A stretch of 64,000 nt of DNA from Deltaproteobacteria bacterium (GTDB lineage Bacteria > Myxococcota_A > Polyangia > Polyangiales > Houyiibacteriaceae), in NCBI GenBank assembly GCA_034670305.1, contig JAXMNT010000003.1, forward strand, positions 192,001 through 256,000, read 5' to 3'. How positions within the stretch are numbered: position 1 is the stretch's first letter; every line of letters begins with the position of its first letter. The position numbers and the translations under genes are program-made. This document shows positions 11,701 to 22,251 of this stretch, piece after piece. Below the pieces are notes generated by a model, which saw only the letters and a program-made list of their open reading frames with translations, did not search any database and was not told the origin of the DNA.

Positions 11701-14700
11701 ACTCAGCGGCGAGTGTGTCTACCGCAGCGGCGGCAGCCCGGTGGTTTCGACCGTCGTGCGCAGCGTTACCACCACCGACCAGTTCGATCGCCTCGGCCGC
11801 GAAGAGAACATCAGCACGACGCAGTTCGCGTACCACGACGGCTACTACGAAGGCATCGAGCAGGAGTTCCGCGGCTTCGGGACCGCGGACGCCGTTGCAG
11901 TGGGCGACATGAGCCACCCGACCGCTGTCTCGCGCACCTGGTTCCATCAAGGCCGCCGCCCGACTTCCATCGCCACGGACCGCCTCGCCGAGAACCCGTA
12001 CGAGTCGCTCAAAGGCCGCCAGTGGTTCTCGGAGACGTTCGACGAAGAAGGCACCTTCCTCTCGAGCGCCCACGCCACCGTCACCGTGCGCCGCCTGATG
12101 ACCGGACTCGACGGCCGCGACATCGCCTACGCGTACGTCAGCCAGTCCGACGAGCTCCGCTACTCGACGGACTTCGCCAGCGCCCCCGGCACAGATCTCA
12201 GCGTCGACTGGCTCGTCACCGAGCACGTGGACGACACCGGCGCGCTCGTGGCCGACGAGACCTACCCCGGAAGCCTCCCGCTACGGAACAGCAGCTACGC
12301 CCACGTTCGGAGCCGCACGCCAGAGGTCGACAACCTCGGCCAGGTCCTCACACAGGTTTCCGACGGCCGCATCACCGACACCGAGGGCTACACCCCGTCC
12401 GGCGGTTTCGACGAAGCCATCGAAAGCTACGCGGTGCCCGTGCTGGTCAACGGGAGCGCTTGGATCTGGCGCACCGCCGAGACGTGGGTCGACGGGCACG
12501 GCACCAGCGACCGGCTCGGATACGCCGTCAACACGTTCGATCCCGACACCGGCGATCTTTGGCACGCTGCCCAAGAGGCGAAGCTCCCATCTGGCGCAAG
12601 CTACGCATTCGCAGGAGACGCGGATGGGGCAGAAGCGTTCACGCTCGCTGGCGCCTACCCCACGAGCGGCGTGCAGACCCTCGAGGCGTCCACCGCCTAC
12701 GACGCCTGGGGCAACCCGACCGCCTCGTGCGCCGGCGCCGATCTCCACGGCTCGGGCGTCGGTGCCGACGACTGCCTCCGCTACGCAGAGGTCACCTACG
12801 ACGCTGCGTTCGCCCAGCTCCCCGTGACCGAAGCCATCGCCATCCACGAGGACGGCGCCGCGACCTACTGCGACGACACCGCGGAAGGCCTGTGCCTCGT
12901 CGAGACCACGGCGGCGTGGGATCGCGGGCTCGGCGTTCTGCTCTCCGCGACCGATCCCAACGCAGACACCACCACCGTGACGTACGACGGACTCGGTCGG
13001 CTGACCGCTGTCGAGCCACCGGACGCACCGAACGAGGACGCCTCCTGCGCGACCGACCGCCCATCGACCACCTTCCAGTACGAGCTCGTGAGCGAGGGCC
13101 TGCCGGTCAGCCGGGTGACGAGCACGCAGCTCTTCCAGTGCAACGTCCGCTACATGCAGAGCCGGTCCTACGTAGACGGGCTCGGTCGAGCGCGCGCTTC
13201 GCTCGCGTACACCGTCCGCAACACTGGCGGCCAGCGTCACTGGCAACAGTCTGGCATCGGCACCTTCAGCGCGCGCGGCACGCCCGTTCGTGGCTACAAC
13301 AGCCGCTACGTCGCCTCGAACGACCCACACCCCACCGACGCGGTGGGGCTCGACCCAAGCGTGCCGAGCACGCAAGCAACGTACGACGCGTTCGGGCGGG
13401 TCACCGAAGCGCACGAGCGCGATGGCTCGGAGAGCACCATGCAGTACGGCGCGCTCTGCAGCCGCAGCTGCGACCCGCTCGATCTTGGCGACACTGGCTC
13501 GGGCGACTCGGAGGCTCCACACGACGACACTGCGCTGGGCACCTGCGCGTGGGCATATGTGGATGGCCACGGTCGCGGGGTCGACCAAGTACTCCACAAC
13601 GCCATGCCCGATGGCATGTCCGTCGCCGACGAGTACTACCGGCTCTGGACGACCTACCGTGCAGACGGCTCGGTGCTCTCGGTCACCCGCGCGGAGACCG
13701 CGACGCTGTCGGTCGCCGACCGCACCGCCATCACCGGGAGCGACGGCGAGCTGCACTCCCTCACCCGCACGTTCGTGTACGACTCGCTTGGTCGGCGGAT
13801 CTCTGGCACCGACCCGGACAGCGACGGACGGAGCGGTGAGCGCTGGCGCTACCTTTACAGCCGGATCGGTGATCTCGTCGCCGTCCGCGATCCGCGCGAC
13901 TGCGGCGCCAACTTCTACTACGACCGCGCCGGCCGGTTGGTTGGCGAAGACTACGTCGGCTGCAGCGAGGCCCAGCACAGCTTCGAAGAGCCAGACCAGG
14001 ACACGCTCCCAGACAGTGGCGCCATCGCGCTCGAGCCGGTCTCGATGCCGACGCTTCGCCAAGTGGACGCCCGCTACCTCTTCGACGAAGCCCCCGACTT
14101 CGCGACCGGCGACATGGCCCCGCCCTCGGGCAGCAACTACGTCGGCCGCCTCAGTGGCACGAGCGACCGCGGTCAGCGAAGCGTGGTCGACTACGACGAC
14201 CGAGGCAGGCCAACCTGGTCCGCACGCCAGATGGTCCTGCTCCCAGACGCACCGACCATCCCCGCGACGTTGAGCGGTGACGACCCGGTCCTGTACGACG
14301 AGGGCGATCTCACCACGGTCCCGTTCCGCGAGTGGGACGAGGTCAACACGTACATCTCGACCACGCTCTACAACCGCGCCGACATGGTCTCGGACCGGTA
14401 CTACCCGACCGACCCCGATTGGAGCGGCGGTGGCTCGGCGCCCGTCGTACGCGGTGACATGCGCTACACCTTCCGCGGCATGCCGCAGGCCGGAGAGGTG
14501 TACATCGACTCGTTCTCGCAGGAGATCTTCGAGACCCACTACAACGAGCACAACCTCGCGTACCGCGTGTACCACGGGGAACAGACGGGTCTCTCCGGGC
14601 AGGTCATCAAGTACGTCTACTTCGACGAACGTTTGAGGCCCGACAGGCTCCGGCACGTCCGGACGGGCGCTGTACGCGCGGGGACCCTCCCCGAACTCTC

Positions 14701-16846
14701 CGCGTATGCCGAGGTGCTCGACCACCTCTACGGCTGGGACGCGGCCAACAACCTCGTGTCGGTTCACAACTCAGCCCCCAACGACGCCACGACCGAGCTC
14801 GAGATCAGAAAGTACGACATCTACCACGACGCCCTCTACCGGGTGAACATGGTCGAGTACGAGTACGCCGGACCGACGGGAGGCTGGAGCCCCGACGCCC
14901 CCATCTCCGATTGGCGCGACACCCAGGCCACCAACATCGGCGCCGACCCGATGCGGCGCCAGCCCGCGCCGATGCTCCCGCAGATGGCGTCGGACCGTGT
15001 CAAGACGCTCGAGTACCGCCACGACTGGCTCGCGAACCAAGTCAGCTGGATCGACGACACCCTGGGCAGCAACGGAGAAGGCACGTCGTTCTACGAGCGC
15101 AGCATCGGCCAAGAAGGCCAGCTGGTGAACGGCGCTGACGAGGACATCGACGCGCTCCGTCCGGCGGCACTCTACTTCTCCGCCCAGCTCCCAACCGCCG
15201 CGCCGAGCTTCGACGCTGGAATCGACCGAGGCGGCTGGGTCGACCTCGAGTACGGCGAGAGCGGCAACGTCGAAGAGATGACCGTCCGCGCCCAGTGCTA
15301 CGACGCAAGCGCGATGGACGTCTGCTACGACGACACCGCCCTCGCGCTGAGCAGCCGTACAGCCCACGCCATCGCCCACTGTCGCTGCGACCGAGAGCAG
15401 CACTACCAGTACCGCTGGGACGAACTCAACCGCTTGGCCGAAGCCCGCCGCTACGACCGCGAGGGCAGCGGCGTCTGGACCCTAGAGACGAGGCAGCGCT
15501 ACCGCTACGACGCTGGCAACGTACGTACCGTGAAGCTGACATCGTCAGGCGGCATCGACCGAGCCTCGCTGTACGTGTTGCCCGGTGACTTCGAGCGTCG
15601 CGGCGTCGCGGTGGACATCGACGCGATGAACGGCGATGCGTGGAGGGCGGTCGCGGGCGTGAACACCGAGACGCAGTACCTCGTCGCTGGGGCGCGTGTG
15701 GTGTGGAAGAAGGTTCCAGAGATGGATGCGGGCGGCGGAGAGAACTTCGAGACCGACGTCCGGATCACCGTGCCGCTCGCGGACCTATTGCAGTCGACCG
15801 TCGCAAGCATGGACCTTGTTTCAGGTGAGCTGCTTGAGGTCGGCACGTACTATCCGTCGGGCAACCGCGAGATGCTGGTCGCGCGGGACAGCTCGGTGGA
15901 CGGGCAGACGTTCCAGCTCGAGCCGATCGGGTTCACCGGGAAGGAAGGGGACGACGACGTAGGGGTCGTCTACTTCGGGGAGCGGTACCTGCTGCCGCAT
16001 CTCGGGCGGTGGGCGAGTGCGGACCCGTTGCAGGTGCATGCCGGTGGTGGCGGGGAGTTTGGGAACTCTTATCACTATGTGTCGGGGAACCTGCTGCAAG
16101 CTCGGGACCCGTTGGGTTTGCAAGACCCGGCTACGAACGCGGGTCGAGCCGCTGCTCAGGCCGGAGCAGCCGCCAACGCCGTTCACAGACAAGCCGCGCA
16201 GCAAATGGCGGAGCAAACGGCCCGGCGTGGGACTGAGCGCGCGCTCCAGCGGCAGGCTGTACAACGTGCGGCAGCGGCGGGAGGCTCGGGCGCTGGCTGG
16301 GGCGCGGCCCGGTTGTTGGGGGGGTGGCTATCCGTGCTCATCATGGTGTTGACTCCCACCAACACCACCGTCAAGGATGGAAGGACTCCATCCCAGTCCG
16401 AGGCATGCTTCCAGAACGCCGACGCCGGAGCGTGTACGCAACTAGCCAGGGACCGGCCCGAGGCGCGCGAACAGGCTGAAGCCCGTCGCGAGCTTCTGGA
16501 GCGACATGCTGGTGGTCCAGAAGACGACGAACCTGGAGCTACGGATGAGCCGGAGATCGACAGTGTGGACATGGAGGATATGATCGACCACATTATCGAA
16601 CACCACATTGATGACTTCATTGATCCGGATGAGTTGACTCCCGAGCAAATTCGAGAAGAGATCAAAGGCACAATTCTAGACATTCTTCGTGATAACGACG
16701 CTCGGGAAGCGGACCGGGGCCGGACTTGGTGGCGCGACAGCCAGCGAGAAATCGTGATTATTCATGACCCTAGCACTGGTGGGACTGGATTCAGACCAAC
16801 ACACGAAGGCACCGACGACTACAATGAAGACTATACACCAGACTGA
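8738..16846 (+). CDS. Secreted SpvB/FG-GAP/TcdB-mid/Rhs (YD repeat) polymorphic toxin
   Basis: Signal-like N-terminus; GTATFSVPIALPAGRAGVQPSLGLSY (SpvB); DVNGDG-type repeats; LLREVHNGLGA; YYEGIEQEFRGFG; Rhs core FTGKE..YFGERY..GRWASADP..NSYHY..DPLG. Confidence 0.92.
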   Translation: MTANQTSAGRPHRRAHSHSHTRRRRNQAVAVLLSVTTFLSAGAPLAAKAQDHRDSRASTPSYNLPSSVETQRTGEEMLLGDDVEGRLEHEYIDPDATSFGPGGEPIPHEGLDPEAIARMEEAADLPDPADLPDGATAAALPTGEAKSAVTPSRISVPNAEGSIEGMGESFAPVLSSGTATFSVPIALPAGRAGVQPSLGLSYASTGGNSCVGIGWNLSTPMILRQSDRGLPRYNDRDQWHVEEDRFFYNGGQELVPVDNTAASIVDASHDGSGPRYQDTHFVPGEVSDWQQYRARVEGGFMRFFRSPESDRWIVQGKDGTRFDFGLVDTHPSDLDPENALQADPADPARIYAWRLTRMSDPHGSTVYYRYLQDAGEIYPEDIFYLSPNSCAGEPDSARTCTEPLANYGVRVHFDYETRADVTSRYTAGHRIETGLRLSRLVVTAADQAGTGRSLVRRYHLAYDPSSHHSLLASVQVEGRPADTQYVGTYFEHDVFSNVSEADALSSGAVGQMLPAMTFAYTEPPSLASGIPGFGSVDATVHAITNSPDVSFDAARADLFDVNTDGLPDLIVTDPARYRTAGGEPAVGVFFNGFSGTDASPAGVAGTFSAPIAVPMPSHLSGTLNLGSQNLLPMDVDGDGRSDLMHLPRRDRYGYFVVTRESEDVTGPVTSPADQGWRFTYAQVDTGGVDPRVDLVRDGARYRTWDVNGDHLIDISRTTGTVMQTWLNLGFVRDQETGEGAEGRFGRATANDDGTFAIDASPYETCLLHDGLPVDFSDPELRTADMNGDGLVDIVKIRRGHVVYWPGRGVTETGAPVFGDGPRHCARGEGDNRERVMATPPAELNVDLSGVMLADVNMDGATDVLQVRFRELDVWFNQSGEGFTERVTIDSPMAPDFAPRIRMADIDGSGTTDLVYGSSSRWEYLDLMGGQRPRLLREVHNGLGAVTTLGYGSSADDYVADLEEAATCSDCEPFTWSRVSGDCDSRLEELSGECVYRSGGSPVVSTVVRSVTTTDQFDRLGREENISTTQFAYHDGYYEGIEQEFRGFGTADAVAVGDMSHPTAVSRTWFHQGRRPTSIATDRLAENPYESLKGRQWFSETFDEEGTFLSSAHATVTVRRLMTGLDGRDIAYAYVSQSDELRYSTDFASAPGTDLSVDWLVTEHVDDTGALVADETYPGSLPLRNSSYAHVRSRTPEVDNLGQVLTQVSDGRITDTEGYTPSGGFDEAIESYAVPVLVNGSAWIWRTAETWVDGHGTSDRLGYAVNTFDPDTGDLWHAAQEAKLPSGASYAFAGDADGAEAFTLAGAYPTSGVQTLEASTAYDAWGNPTASCAGADLHGSGVGADDCLRYAEVTYDAAFAQLPVTEAIAIHEDGAATYCDDTAEGLCLVETTAAWDRGLGVLLSATDPNADTTTVTYDGLGRLTAVEPPDAPNEDASCATDRPSTTFQYELVSEGLPVSRVTSTQLFQCNVRYMQSRSYVDGLGRARASLAYTVRNTGGQRHWQQSGIGTFSARGTPVRGYNSRYVASNDPHPTDAVGLDPSVPSTQATYDAFGRVTEAHERDGSESTMQYGALCSRSCDPLDLGDTGSGDSEAPHDDTALGTCAWAYVDGHGRGVDQVLHNAMPDGMSVADEYYRLWTTYRADGSVLSVTRAETATLSVADRTAITGSDGELHSLTRTFVYDSLGRRISGTDPDSDGRSGERWRYLYSRIGDLVAVRDPRDCGANFYYDRAGRLVGEDYVGCSEAQHSFEEPDQDTLPDSGAIALEPVSMPTLRQVDARYLFDEAPDFATGDMAPPSGSNYVGRLSGTSDRGQRSVVDYDDRGRPTWSARQMVLLPDAPTIPATLSGDDPVLYDEGDLTTVPFREWDEVNTYISTTLYNRADMVSDRYYPTDPDWSGGGSAPVVRGDMRYTFRGMPQAGEVYIDSFSQEIFETHYNEHNLAYRVYHGEQTGLSGQVIKYVYFDERLRPDRLRHVRTGAVRAGTLPELSAYAEVLDHLYGWDAANNLVSVHNSAPNDATTELEIRKYDIYHDALYRVNMVEYEYAGPTGGWSPDAPISDWRDTQATNIGADPMRRQPAPMLPQMASDRVKTLEYRHDWLANQVSWIDDTLGSNGEGTSFYERSIGQEGQLVNGADEDIDALRPAALYFSAQLPTAAPSFDAGIDRGGWVDLEYGESGNVEEMTVRAQCYDASAMDVCYDDTALALSSRTAHAIAHCRCDREQHYQYRWDELNRLAEARRYDREGSGVWTLETRQRYRYDAGNVRTVKLTSSGGIDRASLYVLPGDFERRGVAVDIDAMNGDAWRAVAGVNTETQYLVAGARVVWKKVPEMDAGGGENFETDVRITVPLADLLQSTVASMDLVSGELLEVGTYYPSGNREMLVARDSSVDGQTFQLEPIGFTGKEGDDDVGVVYFGERYLLPHLGRWASADPLQVHAGGGGEFGNSYHYVSGNLLQARDPLGLQDPATNAGRAAAQAGAAANAVHRQAAQQMAEQTARRGTERALQRQAVQRAAAAGGSGAGWGAARLLGGWLSVLIMVLTPTNTTVKDGRTPSQSEACFQNADAGACTQLARDRPEAREQAEARRELLERHAGGPEDDEPGATDEPEIDSVDMEDMIDHIIEHHIDDFIDPDELTPEQIREEIKGTILDILRDNDAREADRGRTWWRDSQREIVIIHDPSTGGTGFRPTHEGTDDYNEDYTPD

Positions 16847-17375
16847 TAAGGTGCCTGTGCTTCTGGGAGCCGCCGCTCTTGAAGGCGCAAGAGGTGGACC
16901 AACATTCTTGATTCGATACCGAGGAGATCTGGCGGTCAATCCACAGGATTGGATTCGAGCGTCGGGAGGGTCCGGTCCGCTAGAGGTGACCTTCAAGACA
17001 TATGGAACCGCGGAGTTTTTTGCGATTCCATGGGGTGAGAACTCGAGAATGGTTGTGCTGCACAGTAGCCGATTCTGCCAGTTCTCGATCTACTGGGATG
17101 TCCGCTTTGATGTGGGACTGCCCAAACTGCCATTTCCAAGGCACCCCGACCAGGAATGCCTCGTGGAAGATGCTGTACACCAGTCGGTCTTGGACTCCAT
17201 TCGACGACTTCGATCGGCCCAAGAGGGCTTGGCGATGGCGGTATGCGATGAAGGCTGGGGCACAATTCGGATTCCAGACAACCTCTCCGTCTACCTTCCC
17301 GCATCCATGGTACCTGAGGCGCGACGGGAATCGAGAGACTGGGTCGAAGGGTTCTACGTTTTTGATCCCTCGTGA
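16824..17375 (+). CDS. Candidate cognate immunity protein
   Basis: Overlaps the toxin stop by 23 nt; shares the lower GC of the toxin tip. Confidence 0.55.
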   Translation: MKTIHQTDKVPVLLGAAALEGARGGPTFLIRYRGDLAVNPQDWIRASGGSGPLEVTFKTYGTAEFFAIPWGENSRMVVLHSSRFCQFSIYWDVRFDVGLPKLPFPRHPDQECLVEDAVHQSVLDSIRRLRSAQEGLAMAVCDEGWGTIRIPDNLSVYLPASMVPEARRESRDWVEGFYVFDPS

Positions 17376-17494
17376 CTAGAGATCCTCACCCGCAACCCCG
17401 GCGGTTACACCCGTCCTGGATCACGATCGAGTGGGGTATGACTGGTCACCTCTCGCAAGATCTCAAGGAGCGTATCGTCCGCCGCAGCCGCGCT

Positions 17495-17662
17495 GCGCTG
17501 ATCCGTCCCAGGTGCTCCATCGTCGCAGCAGATCCGTCCCAGGTGCTCGCACTCAGGTTGGTCTCCTAAGGACCATTTTCACTGGTCGTCTGCAGCAGAT
17601 CCTGGTCGTCTGCAGCAGATCCGTCCCAGGTGCCAGGCTCCGGCAGATCCGTCCCAGGTGTT
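17495..17662. repeat. Cluster of GATCCGTCCCAGGTG element-end motifs
   Basis: Four copies at about 17500, 17531, 17617 and 17646, irregularly spaced. Confidence 0.85.
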
Positions 17663-17908
17663 GGCGGCCGATTTGACGTCGTAGTGCGCGACCGTTTTGG
17701 CGTCGTAGGTTCTTGGGCGGATGGCCGGATTGCGGTCGTATCTGTGGGCCGTTTCCGTCGTAGCGACGGGGCGGTCTACGACCGGCGCGGCCGCTCGACG
17801 GCCTGATCTCGCTCGCCGCTTGCGATGACAGTGCGGTCGCGATCTCCGGACGCGTCTGCGCCCCGCGCGGCGTTGGCGGCGCGGGGCGCGGACGCGCGGA
17901 GCGCTGTC

Positions 17909-18385
17909 TCAGAAGATGGTTTCGCGGGTCCAGTGGGGCTGGAGTAGGACGCGGTTGACGTGCTTGAGGTCGACGGTGCGGGTGCTGCCGCGGACGGCTT
18001 CGAGCAGGGTTGCGACGCAGAGGTTGCGTGCGTGTCGGAGGATGCCTTCGCTTGAGCGGACGACGAGCGCGAGCGCGTCGGGGGTGAAGACGTTGTGCGC
18101 GAGGGCGACGCGATCGAGCTCCCGGAGGATGAAGGCTTCCATGTCGTCGGGCGCGAGCTTTCGGACGAGGACGGAGTAGGTGACGCGGCTTCGGATGTCG
18201 TCGTTGATGGTCAGCGAGAGCCGGTGCAGGAGCGACGGCTGCGCGACGAGGACGAGGTTGTGGTTCTTGGGGAAGTCCTCGAAGAGGAGACGCAATCGAC
18301 GGAGCGAGTGCATGTCGAGCAGGTGCGCGTCGTCGATGATCGGGACGAGCATTTTGCCGAGGTGGTTGATGCTCGTAATGGATGC
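17909..18385 (-). pseudogene. ExeA-like AAA ATPase, C-terminal fragment
   Basis: IIDDAHLL (Walker B), LVLVAQP, IRSRV, SEGILRHARNL; Walker A region missing, cut at an element-end motif near 18391. Confidence 0.8.
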
Positions 18386-18389
18386 CTTC

Positions 18390-18846
18390 GAGATCAGTGC
18401 CAGGTGCGGCGATCTCTGTGCTTGAGGGTGTGGCCTTCGTCGGGTGGCGGACCGCCGGCGGTTGGGTGGCGGCCGCCACCCCATCCTCCACATTTTCTCC
18501 GACACTGCGGCTCGGCACGACCAGTTGTCCGGGGTGGGTGTTATGCGCTGACCCGCCGGACCAGTTTCCGAAAAGCGTTCCTCGCTCCGTGGCATCCGGG
18601 CGTGGACGAGGCCTGGCTGTACGCGCTCGGGCATGCGCAGCAGCAGACGGGCGTCTCACTCCACTGCGCGGCCAAGGTCATCAACCATCACCACATCGAC
18701 ATCACGGACAACGAGGAGAAGCGGCCCGAGTTTCTCCGCCTGTTTCACGGCGACCTGAGTTGCGCCCTCAACACGCTCCTCGGGCGAGAGCGGTACGACC
18801 AGCCGGGCCAGCTCCTCGACGATCGCCCGACGCACTGCATGCGGAC
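18390..18846 (+). pseudogene. RAYT-like element, 5' fragment in opposite orientation
   Basis: End motif AGATCAGTGCCAGGTGC then ARPVVRGGCYALTRRTSFRKAFL...NHHHID...THCMR, ending at copy 2's end. Confidence 0.85.
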
Positions 18847-20528
18847 GCAGATCCGTCCCAGGTGCTCGCGCTCAGGTTGGTCTCCTATGGACCATTTCAC
18901 CCGTGGGCATGTTTCGAAGCAGGGAGAGCTGCTCTGCGCCGGTCACCTGCGGCCCCGAATGTCGTGAACGAGGACCCAGTTCTGCTCGGCCCGTGCTCGA
19001 TCTGGGACTGGGGACGCAACGATGCGCCGCGCGGGATTCACGCAGCGTGTTCGCAAACGCGGATGTGGTTACTGGGGTGGGTCGGAAGTCCGGGGTGGTC
19101 GGCCGGCAGGTTCGGTCGCGTCGCCTGACGCGCGTGGTCGACCGCGGCGGGCGTCTCGCATGACGACCACGCGGCGGGCTTCGCTTGGCTGATTCTTGTC
19201 GAAGCGATGTCGGACGACCGCTTCGGGTCGGTCGCTTGTCTCGAGCAGCTCCGCCGGGACCCGCGGGGGCTCCGACACGAACTCCATCGCTTCGGCTCGC
19301 ACGACAGCCGCGGCCTCGTCCCTGAACGCGGTGCCGACTTCGGCGAGTACGCGGGCGACTTGTTCGTCGTCGGCTGTGACGGGGTTGAGCCGGAGTTCGG
19401 CCTTCACCTCGTCGAGGGTGGGCTCGGGACCAGTGATGAGCAGGGCCGGATCGGCGGGCTCGACGTCGATCGGGAAGAGCTTCCGCATCTTGTACGTGCC
19501 GTACGGAAACGGGATCGGATCGCCCGCGCGGAGCGCTTTCACGCCAGCGCGGTGGGTGCGCCGAAACGTGGTGACCTCCGTCTTGGCTTGAATGTGCACG
19601 CGGCGTCCGTTGATCCCGGAAGCACCTTGCTTGTAGCTCGGCACGACTTCGCCGCCGGCCGTCCGCCGGGTGCGGGGCTCGCTGTACGGGTGGATGCGCT
19701 TGGTGCGTTGCACACCCATCACCGGCCACTTGCGGGCCGCGTTCAGAGCTCGGATCGCTTCTCTCTGCAGCCGGCGCATGTAGTAGATCAGCTGGTCGAG
19801 ATCGCCGTTGAACTTGCGGTACAACCGGGCGGGCGGATTGAACCACACGTTGACGTACTCGTCGCGCAGCCTCGGATCGAAGTAGAACTCTGGACGCCGC
19901 ACGCGGATGGGAAGCCCCTTCCACAACGAGAAGTCGAACACGAAGCCCGGCATGTCTTCGGGCCGCCTCACGAGACCAGCGGCCACGCATTGCACGGACT
20001 CGTAGACGAGGTGGGCGGCCTGCGCTTCGGCATCGAGCAGCCGCATGTGGTGCGTCGCGCGGTCGTCGAAGATCTGACCCGGCTGGTCGTACCGCTCCCG
20101 GCCGAGCAGCGTATTGAGCGCGCAACTCAGCTCGCCATGAAACAGCCGAAGGAACTCCGGCCGCTTCTCTTCGTTGTCGGTGAGATCGAGGTGGTGGTGG
20201 TTGATGACCTTGGTCGCGCAGTGGAGGGAGACCCCGGTCTGCTGTTGCGCATGCCCCAGCGCGTACAGCCACGCCTGGTCCACGCCCGGATGCCAAGGAG
20301 CCAGGAACGCCTTCCGAAAGTTCGTACGACGCGTCAGCGCATAGCTCGCACCGCGCACGACTGGCCGTGCATCAGACATGCTTCGCACAGAGCACACCCC
20401 ATGCCGTCTCCGTTTCTCGGACGTTTCAACAATGTCGGCTGGCGCCCGCCACCCAACCGCCAGCGGCCCGCCACCCCGAACGGCTGCGACCAAGGCAACA
20501 GACTTTCGAGCACCTGGGACTGATCAGC
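18847..20528 (-). mobile_element. RAYT-like HUH transposase element, copy 2
   Basis: Same ends and length as copy 1 (offset 12922). Confidence 0.85.
19069..20379 (-). CDS. RAYT-like Y1/HUH transposase
   Basis: Nearly identical protein to 6147-7457; ATG start MSDARPVV. Confidence 0.8.
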   Translation of the reverse strand: MSDARPVVRGASYALTRRTNFRKAFLAPWHPGVDQAWLYALGHAQQQTGVSLHCATKVINHHHLDLTDNEEKRPEFLRLFHGELSCALNTLLGRERYDQPGQIFDDRATHHMRLLDAEAQAAHLVYESVQCVAAGLVRRPEDMPGFVFDFSLWKGLPIRVRRPEFYFDPRLRDEYVNVWFNPPARLYRKFNGDLDQLIYYMRRLQREAIRALNAARKWPVMGVQRTKRIHPYSEPRTRRTAGGEVVPSYKQGASGINGRRVHIQAKTEVTTFRRTHRAGVKALRAGDPIPFPYGTYKMRKLFPIDVEPADPALLITGPEPTLDEVKAELRLNPVTADDEQVARVLAEVGTAFRDEAAAVVRAEAMEFVSEPPRVPAELLETSDRPEAVVRHRFDKNQPSEARRVVVMRDARRGRPRASGDATEPAGRPPRTSDPPQ

Positions 20529-20581
20529 GCGACTAGATAAGGCAACAGACTTTCGAGCACCTGGGACTGATCAGCGCGACT
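20492..20581. repeat. 43-bp direct duplication of the element end
   Basis: AAGGCAACAGACTTTCGAGCACCTGGGACTGATCAGCGCGACT at 20492-20534 and 20539-20581. Confidence 0.9.
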
Positions 20582-20588
20582 CGCGCGG

Positions 20589-22217
20589 CACTGCCGCTGC
20601 GACCGAGAGCAGCACTACCAGTACCGCTGGGACGAGCTGAACCGGTTGGCAGAGGCCCGCCGCTACGATCGCGAGGGGACCGGCGTCTGGACCCTAGAGA
20701 CGAGGCAGCGCTACCGGTACGACGCTGGTAACGTACGTACCGTGAAGCTGACATCGTCAGGCGGCATCGACCGTGCCTCGCTGTATGTGTTGCCTGGTGA
20801 CTTCGAGCGTCGCGGCGTCGCGGTGGACATCGACGCGATGAACGGCGATGCGTGGAGGGCGGTCGCGGGCGTGAACACCGAGACGCAGTACCTCGTCGCT
20901 GGGGCCCGCGTGGTCTGGAAGAAGTCTCCAGAGATGGACGCCGGCGGCGGAGAGAACTTCGAGACCGACGTCCGGATCACCGTGCCTCTCGCGGACCTAT
21001 TGCAATCGACCGTTGCAAGCATGGACCTGGTGTCTGGCGAGCTGCTTGAGGTGGGTACGTACTACCCGTCGGGCAACCGCGAGATGTTGGTCGCGCGCGA
21101 CAGCTCGGTGGATGGGCAGACGTTCCAGCTGGAGCCGATCGGGTTCACCGGGAAGGAAGGCGACGACGATGTTGGGTTGGTCTACTTCGGGGAGCGGTAT
21201 TTGATGCCGCATCTTGGGCGGTGGGCCAGTGCGGATCCGCTGCAGGTGCATGCCGGGGGTGGTGGGGAGTTTGGGAACTCTTACCACTATGTAAGTGGGA
21301 ACCTGTTGCAGGCGCGGGACCCGTTGGGGCTGAGCGGCCCGGTCAAGAAGAACCCGGGTGTACAACTGGAGGCATCCACTGACTACACTGAGCGAGTGCA
21401 CTCGCAGACCGAACAGTTCCAGGTTGGTGAGTGGGAGGCGTTCCAGCGGCAGGCACGGGAACACGTTGGCTGGACAGCCATGCGCGAGCGCGCCGCAGCA
21501 CTAGTAGAAGGGAGCGCGACACTCCACGAGGCATGGTCGGCTGCCCGTGAGGCTGGCGGGGATCACGCGGAGGTATCGATTCGATATGTATGGGAGCGTC
21601 GGGCCGAAGGCGCACCAGAAACCATCGCCAGAATAGAGTTCGCTCTGATTGACGCCGCCCCAGCCCCCCCCCCTCCTCCCCCTCCCCCCGACGATGACCC
21701 CGTTAGTTATGTCGAAGAACGCGATCCGTCCGTGACGATCGAGGCACCTCGCGCTATCGATGTTCCGTACGGTGTGACACTTGGCCTCGGGGGTTTCGCA
21801 ATGATCGCTGGAGATCGGGAGCGACGGGTTCACGTCGGAGTCTATCTACAAATTGGGTTCGATGGCACCGCAAAAGTAAGCGATTTCGGTGCCTATGTGG
21901 GCGCTCAGGTCGCGATGACAAACAACCGAGGGATCGAATTTGGAGCCCAGATAGATGCGTCCTTGCAACCGGTCATAGGTGCGTTGTCCGGCGCAGAGTA
22001 CACGTTGGAGGCTGGTAACTCTGGATGGGGAGAGCGGAACATCGCCATGCAAGGAGCCCTGAGCGAAGACGGGATGGAATCACCGGATTCTCTTACGATC
22101 GGCCAGACGCACCATGCGAGCTTCAATCTGGCTCCAGTAACGATTGAAACCCACGGCGGGGTTGGGCAAGAGGCCTATCTATCTCTGCCAGCACTGGTAG
22201 AGTCATTGCTCGAGTAG
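20589..22217 (+). pseudogene. Orphan Rhs cassette (core fragment plus alternative toxin tip)
   Basis: 20589-21332 duplicates 15377-16120 up to DPLG(L), then an unrelated tip; no native start. Confidence 0.88.
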
Positions 22218-22251
22218 CAATGGCAACTAGCCGGACTGAGTTTGGTCATTC

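Noticed and set aside
17495-17662. Clustered short repeats resembling a CRISPR array
   Set aside because: Spacing is irregular, there are no unique spacers of constant length and no cas genes; the unit equals the transposase element end.
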